Positions 1 to 11,440 of a stretch of DNA of 64,000 nucleotides are shown here, piece by piece. This DNA comes from Paraspadella gotoi. Lineage: Eukaryota; Animalia; Chaetognatha. The number at the start of each line of letters is the position of its first letter. Positions within the stretch are counted from its first letter, which is position 1. The translations under genes were made by a program, and so were the position numbers. The DNA lies in NCBI GenBank assembly GCA_051294375.1, contig CM119267.1:14625694-14689693 (forward strand), given 5' to 3'. The notes beneath the pieces were generated by a model that was not told the origin of the DNA, searched no databases, and saw only the letters and a program-made list of their open reading frames with translations.

Positions 1-127
1 CCAATATCACTGGCTTGGAGAGAACTCCGGACGAAAGGAGTAGGAAAGGTCGGTTGGGAAGACGTTGGTCACTCTTTGCTTTAAAAATGAAAAATTCAAA
101 TAACATTCGTCGTGCGTAGATCGTAGA

Positions 128-2094
128 AGACGACATAAAACTGCTAGCCGACTTTCCGCCGTCGCCTCTTCATTCTCATCCTCCGCATCTCGCGAACCTC
201 CGGCGCCCGGTCGAATTTCCACGGCGACGCCTTTAGTCATCGACGTCGCTGGGAGTGACGTGGTCGAAAGATCCGCTACTTCGCTGGTTTGTAATTGACA
301 ATGAACAATTTTTAAATTTTATTATTGACGAGTCGTAAACATCCGTAACTTTACTTTTTAGTCTGGGTGGGAAACTCCGCTTTGGTTCCCTTCGTTCCCC
401 ACGACGAGAATCACCCAACTTTCTCCATCCTTAGTTCCCTCTACGAGTAGCGGAGAAAATTTTGAACACAAGGTTGGTGTTATGGCTTAAAAGCATTGAG
501 GACCAACTCATCAAATTAATAGTATTCTATGGCAACAGTCGGGTTACTTGTGATGCCCAGCTGGGTGGGGCTTCAGGCCCTCTGTGGCGATGCCTGCCAC
601 TGAGGCAATTAGGACTGGATTAGTCGTTAGGACTGGAGATAGAACGCATGGCTCTGATGGTGCACATACTCCCGATGAGCCATAGGGATCGACTGAATGA
701 AGGCTGAGGAGAGGCGGTGGTTATTCCGCAATAATTTTAATAAAATTAATTAGTGAATGTAAGATTTTTATTTCCTCGTCCTCATAACGTATGAGTCCCG
801 AAATAATCCTTATGCTTCTATCTATTTTTTTTTTAGGAGAAGTCGCTACAAAATAACCCTATTACCCTTTCCCATTTTCTATTCCCCTCCCTTTTTTTAC
901 TCCCTTGACAACAATTCATCTCTTCCCTCATCGATCGTCATTCACGCTGATCAGACGGACGCGGAATCCAGCCAATCTCTGTCCGACTGCGAAGTGGTGG
1001 GTTACGTCAAACCATTGTGCGAACGAACGCCGATCGAGGTGACTCTCTCTTCGGACGACATCGAATCGGATCACGACGCGGACGTGAAGCTCGAGTGTCG
1101 CAAGAAGCGGAGCAACTTGCAGAATTTAAAGCGGCGGCGGCGGCGGGGAACATCTCCCGCCGCGGAGAATGGGTTCAGTAGCGACGAACCGATGAGCCAA
1201 CGAGGATGGTCGACCGCGTCGTCGTCGTCGTCGTCGAAGTCCTCCCGCGTCGGAAGACGGCATCTCAGAGAGGAAAGACGGAATCCGAGCGCCCCCGGCT
1301 CAAACTCCTCCGATCTCGGAGGCTCAAGGACCAGCACCGATGAAGTGATCATTGGAGACAGCAGCGACGGAGAGGACGGCGATGTCGTCGTGGAGAACGA
1401 AAAAAGAGGCGACTCGCTGCCGTCGAATCCGGCCCCCTCGTCCGTTATCAAGGCGAAAGTCTGGAGCTTTTTGGAGGCTGCTAGGAAAGAGAGAGAGGAG
1501 GAGGATCGAGCTAAAGCAGGACAGAGAGACTCGCGAACGTGGGACGCCGACCAGGAGGATGATGGCCGGAAAAGTGGCGAGACCACGACAAAGAGAAATG
1601 GATCTCCTAAGCCCAAAGAAAAAGGAAAAGGAAAGGGAAAAGGAAAAGGGAAGGGTAAGAACTCGAAGGAAACTGATCCGACGACGGAATCTCCCGCCAC
1701 ATCAACGACTTCATCGACAACAGCATCCACGTCAGTTATCTCCTCTCAACCGTCTCCAGACCGAAACGAGTCGCGCCCTTCCAAGTCGTCCTCACCGACG
1801 AAACTTAGATCCGTCGTTTTGGCCGTCAATAAGGATGCAGCTATCAATCCCGGCTCTGCGATCGACGAGCGCGACAAAAGCGTCCAAGAATCATTATCTG
1901 CACCGCGGGAACGTAGCGGATCACGCCGTCGGAACAGTGCCACCCGCGACGCCGGCCGGAAGCGCGAACGATCTCATGGAGATAAAGACGAAAGTCGATG
2001 TCGGAAGTCGAAGCGCGAGACAAAGAACGAAGATCGCCGCAGTCGTGATAAAAAGAGCAAGAGACAAACTGTGAAGAGAAAACGGCAACATTAG
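128..2094 (+). CDS. TOPORS: E3 ubiquitin/SUMO ligase Topors-like, 3' part (inferred exons ~128-286 and 955-2094)
   Basis: The motif SDCEVVGYVKPLCERTPIEVTLSSD resembles the conserved Topors IVGFVKPLAERTPELVELSSD, followed by an RS/acidic low-complexity tail. A phase-0 donor at 287 matches a CAG acceptor at 952-954. The RING domain would lie upstream of the window. Confidence 0.75.
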
Positions 2095-2689
2095 ATATTT
2101 TATTTACTTTCACTTGTGATGTACGTTTTACAATATTTGTATTTTTTTATAAAATAAAAAAAGGATATTCTGTAATCTGTATTTGAATTAAGTTTTTTTA
2201 AGTTTGATAGTTGATATTTATTCAAATTTCTCGTTTAGAAGGTTTAAAATCTCAAAATATTAGGCGTAATTATTTTAAAACTAATTAAACTAAAATTATT
2301 TAAATTTAAATTTTTATGGCTGTGGAAACTCCTATATTTACATACTTATGCCTATTTTATGCATCTGTATATGTTGTTAATTGTTAGGTTTCCAACCGCT
2401 TTTTGTTTTGGCTTGTTAGTGAGCCGAAGCCTGCGGAAGAACTTCGGAAAAGGACCTAATAACATAATGATGCTTATCGAATGAAAAACCCGACGAAGCT
2501 TTCGGTTCGTGACAAACAGGGCCTTAAGTAGCCATAGCCGATGAAATTTAAATGCTAATGTATACAGCGTTAAAATAATCTATCATGACCATAGATTATG
2601 GTATTAAAATATTTTTTGTCAAAAATGCTTTCTTCTGAGGGTACTCGCCTAATTAAAAATATTATATTACTATATAGAGCAAAAAATAT

Positions 2690-3112
2690 TTTTTTAAAAT
2701 CTCAAAATTTTTTGATGGATTCTGATAGAGCATAAAAAGTTAAACAAGAAATATAATTACAGCTTTTAAAAATTCTTACGTTTTCTAAGTGAAAATATAA
2801 AAAAACTGATAAAATCATCGAAAGATGATGATGATGATGATTTTTCATAGTTTTCTTTTTTTTGACACACTTATCGTAAAAATATTTAAAAAAGAATCAT
2901 ACTTTGTGCAGACAACTTTTTATGAGCTATCTGAATCTGGTCTTAAAATTTAAAAAATTCAAAAAATAATATTAAAAAATTAATACTAGGGTATAGAGCC
3001 ATATTAGAAATTTTTTGTCCATTGAAAGTATTCTTAAAAATGTCTAAATATTCGTTTGAGCATGTACTCCTCTAAATTTTTGACTCACCCCATTGAGTGC
3101 GGCTACCCCTAC
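2690..3112. repeat. dispersed repeat, probable non-autonomous TE fragment
   Basis: 3053-3112 and 2975-3030 match the reverse complement of 60481-60540 and ~61240-61290 (e.g. TTTTTGACTCACCCCATTG and GGGTATAGAGCCATATTA). Confidence 0.6.
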
Positions 3113-3695
3113 CTTTAGGAAAACACTGGTTTTTTTTTCAATAGTACGCTTACAATAAACGTGTTATTGTCATTTAATAGATAATATTTACCATTATTTA
3201 CAAAAAATTTAAAGTCGATTTTTCGTATGAAAAGGGTGTTATAAATTAAAAGTAAAATAGTTTTAAAGTTAATAAATTAGTGGTGTTTACATAATTCAGG
3301 AATTTTATAAGAAATAAATTATCTAATTATAAAATAGATAAGACATTTTAGTAATTTTATTTTTAATTTTACTTAGTACGTTAGATTGGTTAAAAATATT
3401 AAATTTGTTACCATTGTTCAAGAATAGTTGATTCTGTAACAAATTGCAAAAATGAAGTTGCTTAATTGGTCTGAATTTGTTATGTTTGAATGGATATATC
3501 GGTTTGTTTACGACTAAATAAAAAAGTACCTGTTTGCCTACTATCAAAGATTGATTTTTTTAACGAATGGCGTTTTTTCTTACCGTCATTATTAAGCGAA
3601 ATAGTAAATATTGAATTAAAGGTTAGTCGTATGAAAGCGAACTTTTTTTAGCTTTCCCTTATTTTGGTTAATCAGAAACATCCTAGAACACCGTT

Positions 3696-5130
3696 ATGGC
3701 TGAGACCAATTCCACTCCGGCACCTTCCAAGGACAAATACGAAAACATTACTCCAGGATATAAAGATCGGGAACAACTATATCGTATGATTATTTCCCAA
3801 CTTTTCTATGACGGCTTCACCTCCGTCGCCGTTAACCTATCGAACATGGTCAAGGCTCACCCTAGCTGCCCACCCTCCAACAAGCTCCTCAAAATGGCCG
3901 CCGTTGGAATTCGTGAGGAGATCGAAAAGAAGGAGGCGTCGCTGGCGCCGCCAGTCACTCGCGCTCTCGACCTTGAGTTCGAGACGGACGTTCAGACCAT
4001 CTCGCCAGAAGCCGTTACCTACGAGACTTGCTACGTGACCTCGCACAAAGGCCCTTGTCGCGCGGGCGCGTTCAATCTACAGGGCACGCTGGTGGCAACG
4101 GGTTCCGAGGACTCTTCCATTAAAATCCTCGACATCCACCGAATGCTGACGAAAGCCTCGTTGCCACCGGACCAGAAAGATTCTCAGAAGCAGAGCATGG
4201 AGACTCACCCGGTGATTCGCACTCTATACGACCACAACGCTGAGGTCACCTGCGTCGAGTTTCATCCGACGGCGCAGATCCTCGCCTCCGGCGGCCGCGA
4301 CTACACTCTCAAAATCTTCGATTTTTCCAAGCCCTCCGTCAAAAAGGCGACCAAGTACGTGAATGAAGCCTCGGAACTCCGTTGTCTCGCTTATCATCCT
4401 TCGGGCGATTTCCTCTTGGCCGGCACCAACAACCCAACATTGCGGTTATACGACACGGAGACTTTCCAGTGTTTCGTCAGTCCCCACGCCAATGACCAGC
4501 ACAACGGACCGATCACTGACGTCAAGTTTGCGTTTCATGGCAAGTTCTACGCGACTAGCTCGAAGGACGGGGACCTAAAGCTTTGGGACGGGATATCGAA
4601 TCGGTGCGTCAACACTTTCTCTAAGGCTCATGACGGCGCCGAGGTTTGCTCCATCCAGTTCTCCAACAATGGGAAGTACTTGCTCTCGAGCGGAAAAGAT
4701 TCTCTGGTCAAGTTGTGGGAACTGACGGCCAGTCGATGTCTCATATGTTACACTGGCGCGGGTAAATTTTGTATTCTTCAATGCAAGCTTGGCTTTTTTC
4801 CTTTTTTTTTATTGTCATTATGCATTTTAGTTTTTATCCCCTAAGCGTTTCAGAACTAAACTTAAAATATTCATAGGTGCGACGGGTCCCCAGCTTCATC
4901 GGACCCAAGCCGTATTCAACCACACCGAAGACTTTGTATTCTTTCCCGACGAAAAGACAACCTCCCTCTGCAGTTGGGACGCGCGGAACGCAGAGAGGCA
5001 ACGTCTTCTTTCCTTAGGTCACAACGGCCTCGTCAAGCGTATCGTCCACTCTCCAAACGCCGCCGCTTTTCTCACTTGCTCCGACGACTTCAGGGCAAGG
5101 TTTTGGTGCAGAAAGGTGTCCATAGTGTGA
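3696..5130 (+). CDS. CSTF1: cleavage stimulation factor subunit 1 (CstF-50); exons 3696-4761, 4877-5130
   Basis: N-terminal dimerisation motif [19 protein letters not shown], then [15 protein letters not shown] and WD40 repeats. Exon 2 gives [14 protein letters not shown]...[17 protein letters not shown] at 5136. Confidence 0.95.
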
Positions 5131-5406
5131 CACCAAATAAAACATTTGCCGATTCATTCTTTTTAAAAGATTAAACAAGTTTTTTGTCTTTTTATATTGA
5201 GGAATGAGGATGACGTATAAAGTAATTTTATGATAGGATTCGTTTATGCATTCATTTATGAAGATTTCCACATATGTTGTCCTACATTTTCATTTATCAC
5301 CTAATTTTTGTTCGCAAAAGTCAATTAAATTTTACTTTCAAAGGAAAGTCGTTTCAAAATACAAATGAAATAAAAAAAATCTGGGCGATTTTTATAGCTT
5401 TAGACA

Positions 5407-6693
5407 ATGTTGGCTTCAGCTTTATTGACGATTTCCTTCCTCGTTGTCGGCGTCTCTACCTCCCAACCGGGAATCGTTCGCCACATTTCCTTTTCTTTAA
5501 ACCCCGAGTGCCATTTGCCCGCTTGCACGCATCCCAACGAGACCGACGCCGTCAACCTCGTGGTCGCGCGTTCCGTCGGTCCCAGAGACTCTGTTCTCGC
5601 CCTATGGAGTTCGGTGGGTGCCCCCGCGGTGTTGATGGCTCGCTGCGCTAACGAAACGAAAGTCAGCATCGACTGGAACTCATTTCTCAATTCCTCGCTG
5701 GATCCTTTTAAAAATTCCACGATAGAGTTTTCGCCCGAGCCTTTGACGGTTTTTGGGGTTTTGCTGCGACGGCTGGTTGAGTACGATGACGTAGACGATC
5801 AAGCCGATCCAGAATATTACGTCAAGAAAAACAAAACGATTGGAACGCGAGAATACCGACTGGATCAGATACAGTGGTCGCCGGTTTCTTTGGACAACGA
5901 CTCGTTAGAATTTCGCACGTCCAACCTTAGCAGCTTGGGGGCGTCCTTGGTGTTAAAGATTTCGTTGAGTGGGACTCTGACCCGTGGTGCTAAGCTCCCC
6001 CATCTGCAAATAACTCCTAACAATTCGCTTATTGACGTTATCTTGGACAAGAAGCCCCCAAGCTACAACCATTCAAGGTTTTACGTCGAGCTCGTCGCCG
6101 TTAACTCTCGACGTCCCATGGCTTTTGGTTCGTCGAGTTCCATCGACGACGAATACACCCCCGGCGTTTTCACTTCGTACCGATTGTCTTCTCACGCCGC
6201 CGACGATGATAACGTTTATGTCGAGTGGAAGCCAGTTGCCTACACAAGCGAGTCGAGGAACCTCGACCACCTGACCTCCGCCAAGGCTTTCGGCGACGCC
6301 TACGTCGACCCTGATATTCGCGAGGTTCGCAGCGTCGTAGGCGAACTCTTTCGCGAATGGACATTCAATCGCACCATCAAGGTATCTTTCGGAATCAGTC
6401 AAGATAAGTTTTACAATAACACCGGCTACAGCGTTTGGTGCCTCGTTATGGGATTTGGCGCGACGCCGGAAGACGCCATCTCCACACTCGTTATCGTGGT
6501 CATCTCCTTCGGTCTTGGGATACCCTTTGCGGTTCTGATCGGCAGCGGCGCCTACGCCGGGCTCAGGGAGAAGGGAAAGTCAAGGAAGAGGAAGAGCACG
6601 ACGGCATCCAGCGGAGTGAGGGCGCCCTTGGTTGAAAATGAGCAGGAGGCGACCGGGACGGGATCGCGGGATTATGGGACGGTAAACACTTAA
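5407..6693 (+). CDS. GLMP: glycosylated lysosomal membrane protein (NCU-G1 family), intronless
   Basis: Signal peptide, many N-glycosylation sequons, SIDDEYTPGVF and WKPVAY family motifs, a C-terminal TM helix and a YGTV tyrosine sorting motif. Confidence 0.9.
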   Translation: MLASALLTISFLVVGVSTSQPGIVRHISFSLNPECHLPACTHPNETDAVNLVVARSVGPRDSVLALWSSVGAPAVLMARCANETKVSIDWNSFLNSSLDPFKNSTIEFSPEPLTVFGVLLRRLVEYDDVDDQADPEYYVKKNKTIGTREYRLDQIQWSPVSLDNDSLEFRTSNLSSLGASLVLKISLSGTLTRGAKLPHLQITPNNSLIDVILDKKPPSYNHSRFYVELVAVNSRRPMAFGSSSSIDDEYTPGVFTSYRLSSHAADDDNVYVEWKPVAYTSESRNLDHLTSAKAFGDAYVDPDIREVRSVVGELFREWTFNRTIKVSFGISQDKFYNNTGYSVWCLVMGFGATPEDAISTLVIVVISFGLGIPFAVLIGSGAYAGLREKGKSRKRKSTTASSGVRAPLVENEQEATGTGSRDYGTVNT

Positions 6694-7144
6694 TCGTTAT
6701 GCCTGTTGTTCCCATTTCTTTCCAGTAGTATGCCTATTCTTTATTTCCGGGATAGGAATTGTTGAATTATTTATTTTTTGATTGTATTTTGGTGTTTGCT
6801 GATTCATTTTTGATTTTTCACTTTGGTGAATATCTGGTTGTTTTTTTTAACTTTCGTGACCTTTATTTGAGGGGCCCGTGACAGCCACTCTGTGCTTACA
6901 ATTAACAAGTTGACGAGAATTTTATATTTCCACGTTGGTTGACTTTACTGTAATCGTGTTGAAATTAAATTTCGAGAGCCAAAGACGAAAAACATTTTTT
7001 AACATTAACATGTATTTGTTTTTATATTTCAAAACTAATTGCTGAATGTTCTTTTGACACAATAATAAAGATTAAAGAATCTTCTCAAAGCGTAAAATGT
7101 TAATTTTAATTTGGTGATATTGCTACACTTTTTATAGAAAAGAA

Positions 7145-9610
7145 ATGAATAAACTCAACCCGGAAACGATAAAACTTATAACGAGCACTCAAGTTGTCAC
7201 CACCGTCGCGACCGTCGTCAAGGAATTGGTTGAAAACTCTTTGGACGCTGGCGCTGCTTCAGTTGACGTCCTCCTCGCGAACGTCGGGCTCGATCGAATC
7301 GAGGTTCGCGATGATGGAGCCGGCATCGCCAGAAAAGATACGCCGTTTATGTGCGTCAAGCACTACACGTCCAAAATATCATCCGATGAAGATCTGGTTC
7401 GTCTCGAAACCTTTGGGTTTCGTGGCGAGGCGTTATCGTCTCTATGTGCATGCGCTGATGTGATAATCACGACACGGACCGAGGACGACTCCACCGCCGT
7501 TTGTTACACGCTCTCTCGCGACGGAAGCATCCGCAACTTTAAACCCTCGGCCGGTGGACGTGGCACCACCGTGGTGGCGACCAAGCTTTACGCTGATATT
7601 CCTGTCCGAAGACAAATGTACAGCGAGGAAAAAAAGAAGCGGCAGAGCGTCAAAGAAGTGGAACAACTCATGACTTTTTTCGGATTGGTGCATCCAGGAG
7701 TCCGATTCAGCCTGAAAAATGACAGGAGTCAAATTTATTTAAAGAATAAATCCGTCGACGTTCAGGAGGCGATAGCTACGTCTTTGGGCGCTGCTGTATC
7801 GTCGTCGGGATTGAAAGTTATCGATCGAAAACTGGAAAATGACGCTAAAATTTCGATAGTTATATCATCACCCGATACTCGTCATGAGAAGACGTCAAAA
7901 AAACCAGAGGTTAAAACTTTCGTTTCCGTTAATAAAAGGCTGGTAATTATTAAAGAAATCGAGAAAATGGCCCGAAAATTCTTCGCGGAGAATGGTTTGA
8001 ACCACAGCTTCAAGACGGCGGTTTGCTTCGTGGCTCTCACTCTGTCCCCGACGGATTTTGATGTGAACCTTACTCCTAACAAGTGGGAAGTGATGATCGA
8101 GAATGCGAAGACGATCTTAGAGGCAGTTGATGAGGCGATATCTTCTGCCGCCCAAAACTACGAAACGCACGTCAAAGGTAAAGGGACGGGAAGTGCGGAC
8201 GAATCCATAGAAGGCGACTATTTTGCTCGAGTGACCAAAGAATCCGAAAATTTGCTCGACAAAGAAAACGCTGGAGATATAAACGTAAGTCCCGGGTCGG
8301 GTTATTCGCAGTCGCCAATGACCTGGTCGAAAGGGATCTCTCTGAAAGGACTCGACGATACAAACCCTGAACCCGTTTCGATCTTTACTGTCAATAAATC
8401 CGCAGTTGATTTTAGCCTCGAGAAATCCACCAGGGTTCCTCCTTTAATTCGTTCCCGCGACTCTTCGATGTCCGCCGCACAAAAAACTTTATTCGAATCG
8501 TTTTCTTCTGACAAAGATGGTGCATGTTTGACTAAGGATCGCGACCATCCCGGTTATCGCGAGTTTTCGGTGTCTGTCAGGCCCAGGATCATTAAAGAAA
8601 ATTCTGGCAAGACTTTTCCCCTCATCAACGACGCCGTCGACGCCGAGTGGGGTAGGTTAAGTGACGATGAAAAGCGGGACTTTGCCGAACGAGCTGGCGC
8701 AAAATCACGGCCATCCGTTGGAATTTCGCCCAACTTTAAACGAAGTATTGACGGCGAGTTCCTGCGTAAACGAAAGTCCTCCATTCCCAACGATTCAAGA
8801 GAGTTGATGAAGGATTTCGTCGCTAAACGACGCAGGGTAGTATTTCCCGCTGTTCGTGTCGTCGAAGTGGACTTTTCGTGGAACGAACTCGCACAAAGAG
8901 CGACGAAGCCCTCCGGTTCTAACCCTTCGGTCAAAGAGGATATCGTCGTTTTTGGCAGTGTTCTCGTCGAGAACGAAAAAGCTTGGATTTGTTCGTCTTC
9001 CCTCGATCCCTCAACAATGTACGCGCTGAATTCATGTCGTCTGTCAGAGCGTAACATATTCAAACGCAGGATGGAGGACTTCATAGTGCCCTTCGAGTCG
9101 TCCATTCCTCGCCAGATCCCACGCTCCGTGGCCCATTCGATCGCCGGACGCATCGCCGATAAACCCGTCCGCGTTTTAGACGTTTTAGCCGATTTGGCTC
9201 GATCTTCCAACGAAAGCGAATTTGCCCGCGGCGGCGGAGTGACTTTGAATAACGAACGACTCGTCAAAAACGGATTCAAAGTCGTCGTTCGACGCCGCTC
9301 ACCGAAAGATCCTGTCGAGGCTCAGCTCCATTCCGTCTCCACTCTAGTCGACGACGAAGACTTCTTGCACGTAATGGGGTCGTTGACCCGTCAGTTGCCT
9401 CTACCAGAGACTCGGTCTCCCAAAGTGGAGGCATTCCTGCGAAGAGAAAGTATGATGGCCGCCGTTAACGAGCCCCCTTTCGTCGATCGTCGGGCTGTCG
9501 TCCGGGCGTTGGCCGGCCTTTCTATACAAGATGGATTCCTAAATATTAAGTGCCTTCACGAACGACGCGTTTTTGAGCCGATAAATTCTTTAAAAAAAAT
9601 TATTTGTTAA
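7145..9610 (+). CDS. PMS1: MutL-family mismatch repair protein PMS1 (with HMG box), intronless
   Basis: GHKL ATPase motifs VKELVENSLDAGA, DDGAGI and TFGFRGEALSS; DVNLTPNK; HMG-like segment VRPRIIKENSG...WGRLSDDEK; C-terminal CLHER. Confidence 0.9.
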   Translation: MNKLNPETIKLITSTQVVTTVATVVKELVENSLDAGAASVDVLLANVGLDRIEVRDDGAGIARKDTPFMCVKHYTSKISSDEDLVRLETFGFRGEALSSLCACADVIITTRTEDDSTAVCYTLSRDGSIRNFKPSAGGRGTTVVATKLYADIPVRRQMYSEEKKKRQSVKEVEQLMTFFGLVHPGVRFSLKNDRSQIYLKNKSVDVQEAIATSLGAAVSSSGLKVIDRKLENDAKISIVISSPDTRHEKTSKKPEVKTFVSVNKRLVIIKEIEKMARKFFAENGLNHSFKTAVCFVALTLSPTDFDVNLTPNKWEVMIENAKTILEAVDEAISSAAQNYETHVKGKGTGSADESIEGDYFARVTKESENLLDKENAGDINVSPGSGYSQSPMTWSKGISLKGLDDTNPEPVSIFTVNKSAVDFSLEKSTRVPPLIRSRDSSMSAAQKTLFESFSSDKDGACLTKDRDHPGYREFSVSVRPRIIKENSGKTFPLINDAVDAEWGRLSDDEKRDFAERAGAKSRPSVGISPNFKRSIDGEFLRKRKSSIPNDSRELMKDFVAKRRRVVFPAVRVVEVDFSWNELAQRATKPSGSNPSVKEDIVVFGSVLVENEKAWICSSSLDPSTMYALNSCRLSERNIFKRRMEDFIVPFESSIPRQIPRSVAHSIAGRIADKPVRVLDVLADLARSSNESEFARGGGVTLNNERLVKNGFKVVVRRRSPKDPVEAQLHSVSTLVDDEDFLHVMGSLTRQLPLPETRSPKVEAFLRRESMMAAVNEPPFVDRRAVVRALAGLSIQDGFLNIKCLHERRVFEPINSLKKIIC

Positions 9611-9688
9611 TTTATGTTTGTTAAATTGTTTTTTTAACTTTTCGATATTTTGTTAGTTATCTTGAAAGCGCAAAAAGTTTTTGGCACC

Positions 9689-10783
9689 ATGCTTAAAGGC
9701 AAGAAATACGATTACAAAGACTCGAACCTAGCCCTCTTTGGCTCCGATCTAGAAAGAAATGTGAAGGAGGCTTCGGCCGAATCTGAAGAGGCTTGGGAAG
9801 GCTCTGGCGATGGGCCTGGCCTCGAGATTTGGCGTATCGTCAATTTTCAAGTGGTGCCTTGGCCCAAGGATCAGTACGGCGAATTTTACATGGGCGACTC
9901 GTACATTGTGCTCAACACTTACCAAGAGGAAGATTCCGAGGAGCTCAAATACGATGCGCATTTCTGGATCGGGAAGCACTCGACGCAGGACGAGTACGGC
10001 ACGGCCGCCTACAAGACAGTCGAACTAGACACTTACCACAAGGACAAGCCTATCCAGCATCGCGAGATCCAAGGTCACGAGTCCGATCTCTTTAAATCCT
10101 ACTTTCAAACGATCGAGTACCTCGCCGGCGGCGCCGATTCTGGCTTCCGTCACGTAGTGCCTGAAGAGTATCAGCCCCGCCTGTTGCGAGTCAAGGGCGG
10201 CCGGGATCACGTCGAGGTTACGCAGATTCCTAAGGCCAAGGCTTGGGTCAAGCCGGAGGACATTTACATTCTCGATCTTGGACGAAAGCTGATTCAGAAT
10301 AATCGCCATGGATGCAACCTTCAAGAAAAGAGCCGCGCTATGCAATTTCTTCAAGAGCTGAAGGGCAAGCGTAGCCATGAGGAGATGGAGAGCTCCGTCT
10401 GCGACGAGGGCGATGACGACGAATTCTGGGAGGCCTTTGGCGAGGACGAAGACGCCGACGATGATGCCGACGACGACGACGCCCCTTTCGAGGAAGGAGA
10501 CAAAGAGCTGTTTCGTCTTAAAGAAGACTCTACTTTCGAGAAGATCGCGGAGGGAGATGACGTCAACAAATCTCTCTTGCAAACCGAAGACGTTTTCATT
10601 CTCGACGTGAAGTCCCAGTGTTTCGTCTGGATCGGGAAAGCTGCGAGTGAGGAGGAACAGAAGAGAGGAATGGAATTGGCTCACAATTATCTTATGGAGA
10701 CGGACCACTTCCAGACCCCGGCGACTTGCATATTGGAGGGCAAAGAAAACGCCTCCTTCAACGCCTTAATTGAGGCCTGTTAA
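9689..10783 (+). CDS. three-domain gelsolin/severin-like actin modulator
   Basis: KKYDYKDSNLALFGSDLE, GLEIWRIVNF, FYMGDSYIVL, STQDEYGTAAYKTVELD and DVFILD gelsolin motifs. First ATG at 9689. Confidence 0.92.
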   Translation: MLKGKKYDYKDSNLALFGSDLERNVKEASAESEEAWEGSGDGPGLEIWRIVNFQVVPWPKDQYGEFYMGDSYIVLNTYQEEDSEELKYDAHFWIGKHSTQDEYGTAAYKTVELDTYHKDKPIQHREIQGHESDLFKSYFQTIEYLAGGADSGFRHVVPEEYQPRLLRVKGGRDHVEVTQIPKAKAWVKPEDIYILDLGRKLIQNNRHGCNLQEKSRAMQFLQELKGKRSHEEMESSVCDEGDDDEFWEAFGEDEDADDDADDDDAPFEEGDKELFRLKEDSTFEKIAEGDDVNKSLLQTEDVFILDVKSQCFVWIGKAASEEEQKRGMELAHNYLMETDHFQTPATCILEGKENASFNALIEAC

Positions 10784-11440
10784 ACAGGAGGGGGAATCCC
10801 AAACATTGACTTGTAACTTGAGTCGATGGAATCAAACAACTCTTTTTGACACTTTTCGTTTTGATATTTCTTATTCTTTTCGCTTTATCATTCTACAAAA
10901 TAAAGCTTTTTATTTTAATTATAATACATTTTTTAATAAATTTTTTTTATAACATTCCGCCTTTGCTGCCTTAGTGTTTGGGTGATATTTTCAATAGCTT
11001 TTTCCTGGCTTATATTTTACGCAGTTATGCACACACGGCTTAATTTTTTTCTTGTTATGGTTTGATCATGTTGAGTGTTTTTTCTAAATGTATTGGAGCT
11101 TAGTAAAAAGTAATACCATGATGTTCCGGAGAAGTATCTTCATTAAATATTATGAGAAAATCTATCGAACTAGATTTCTTCTTCTAATACACACACAATC
11201 TATGTATAAAAGTTTACTCAAGTTTAATTTCACTTTTTATAATAAAACATTAGGATAAGTAAATTAATGAATATCAGTATCAATAGTATAAATCCGAGAG
11301 TTTCAATTTAAATAAGAAGACGTTACTGAGCTCCATTGGTGTCTGGTGTCAATTTCACACATCCTTTTATGTTTTTTATTTACTATATACTTTTACGTAC
11401 TTAAAATTATTAAGTCTAGTCTTTCTTCAGATCTACGAAA

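Noticed and set aside
4762-4844. Hydrophobic C-terminus of the 382-aa CSTF1 ORF, and similar tails on other ORFs
   Set aside because: Read-through into introns; splicing restores the conserved C-termini.
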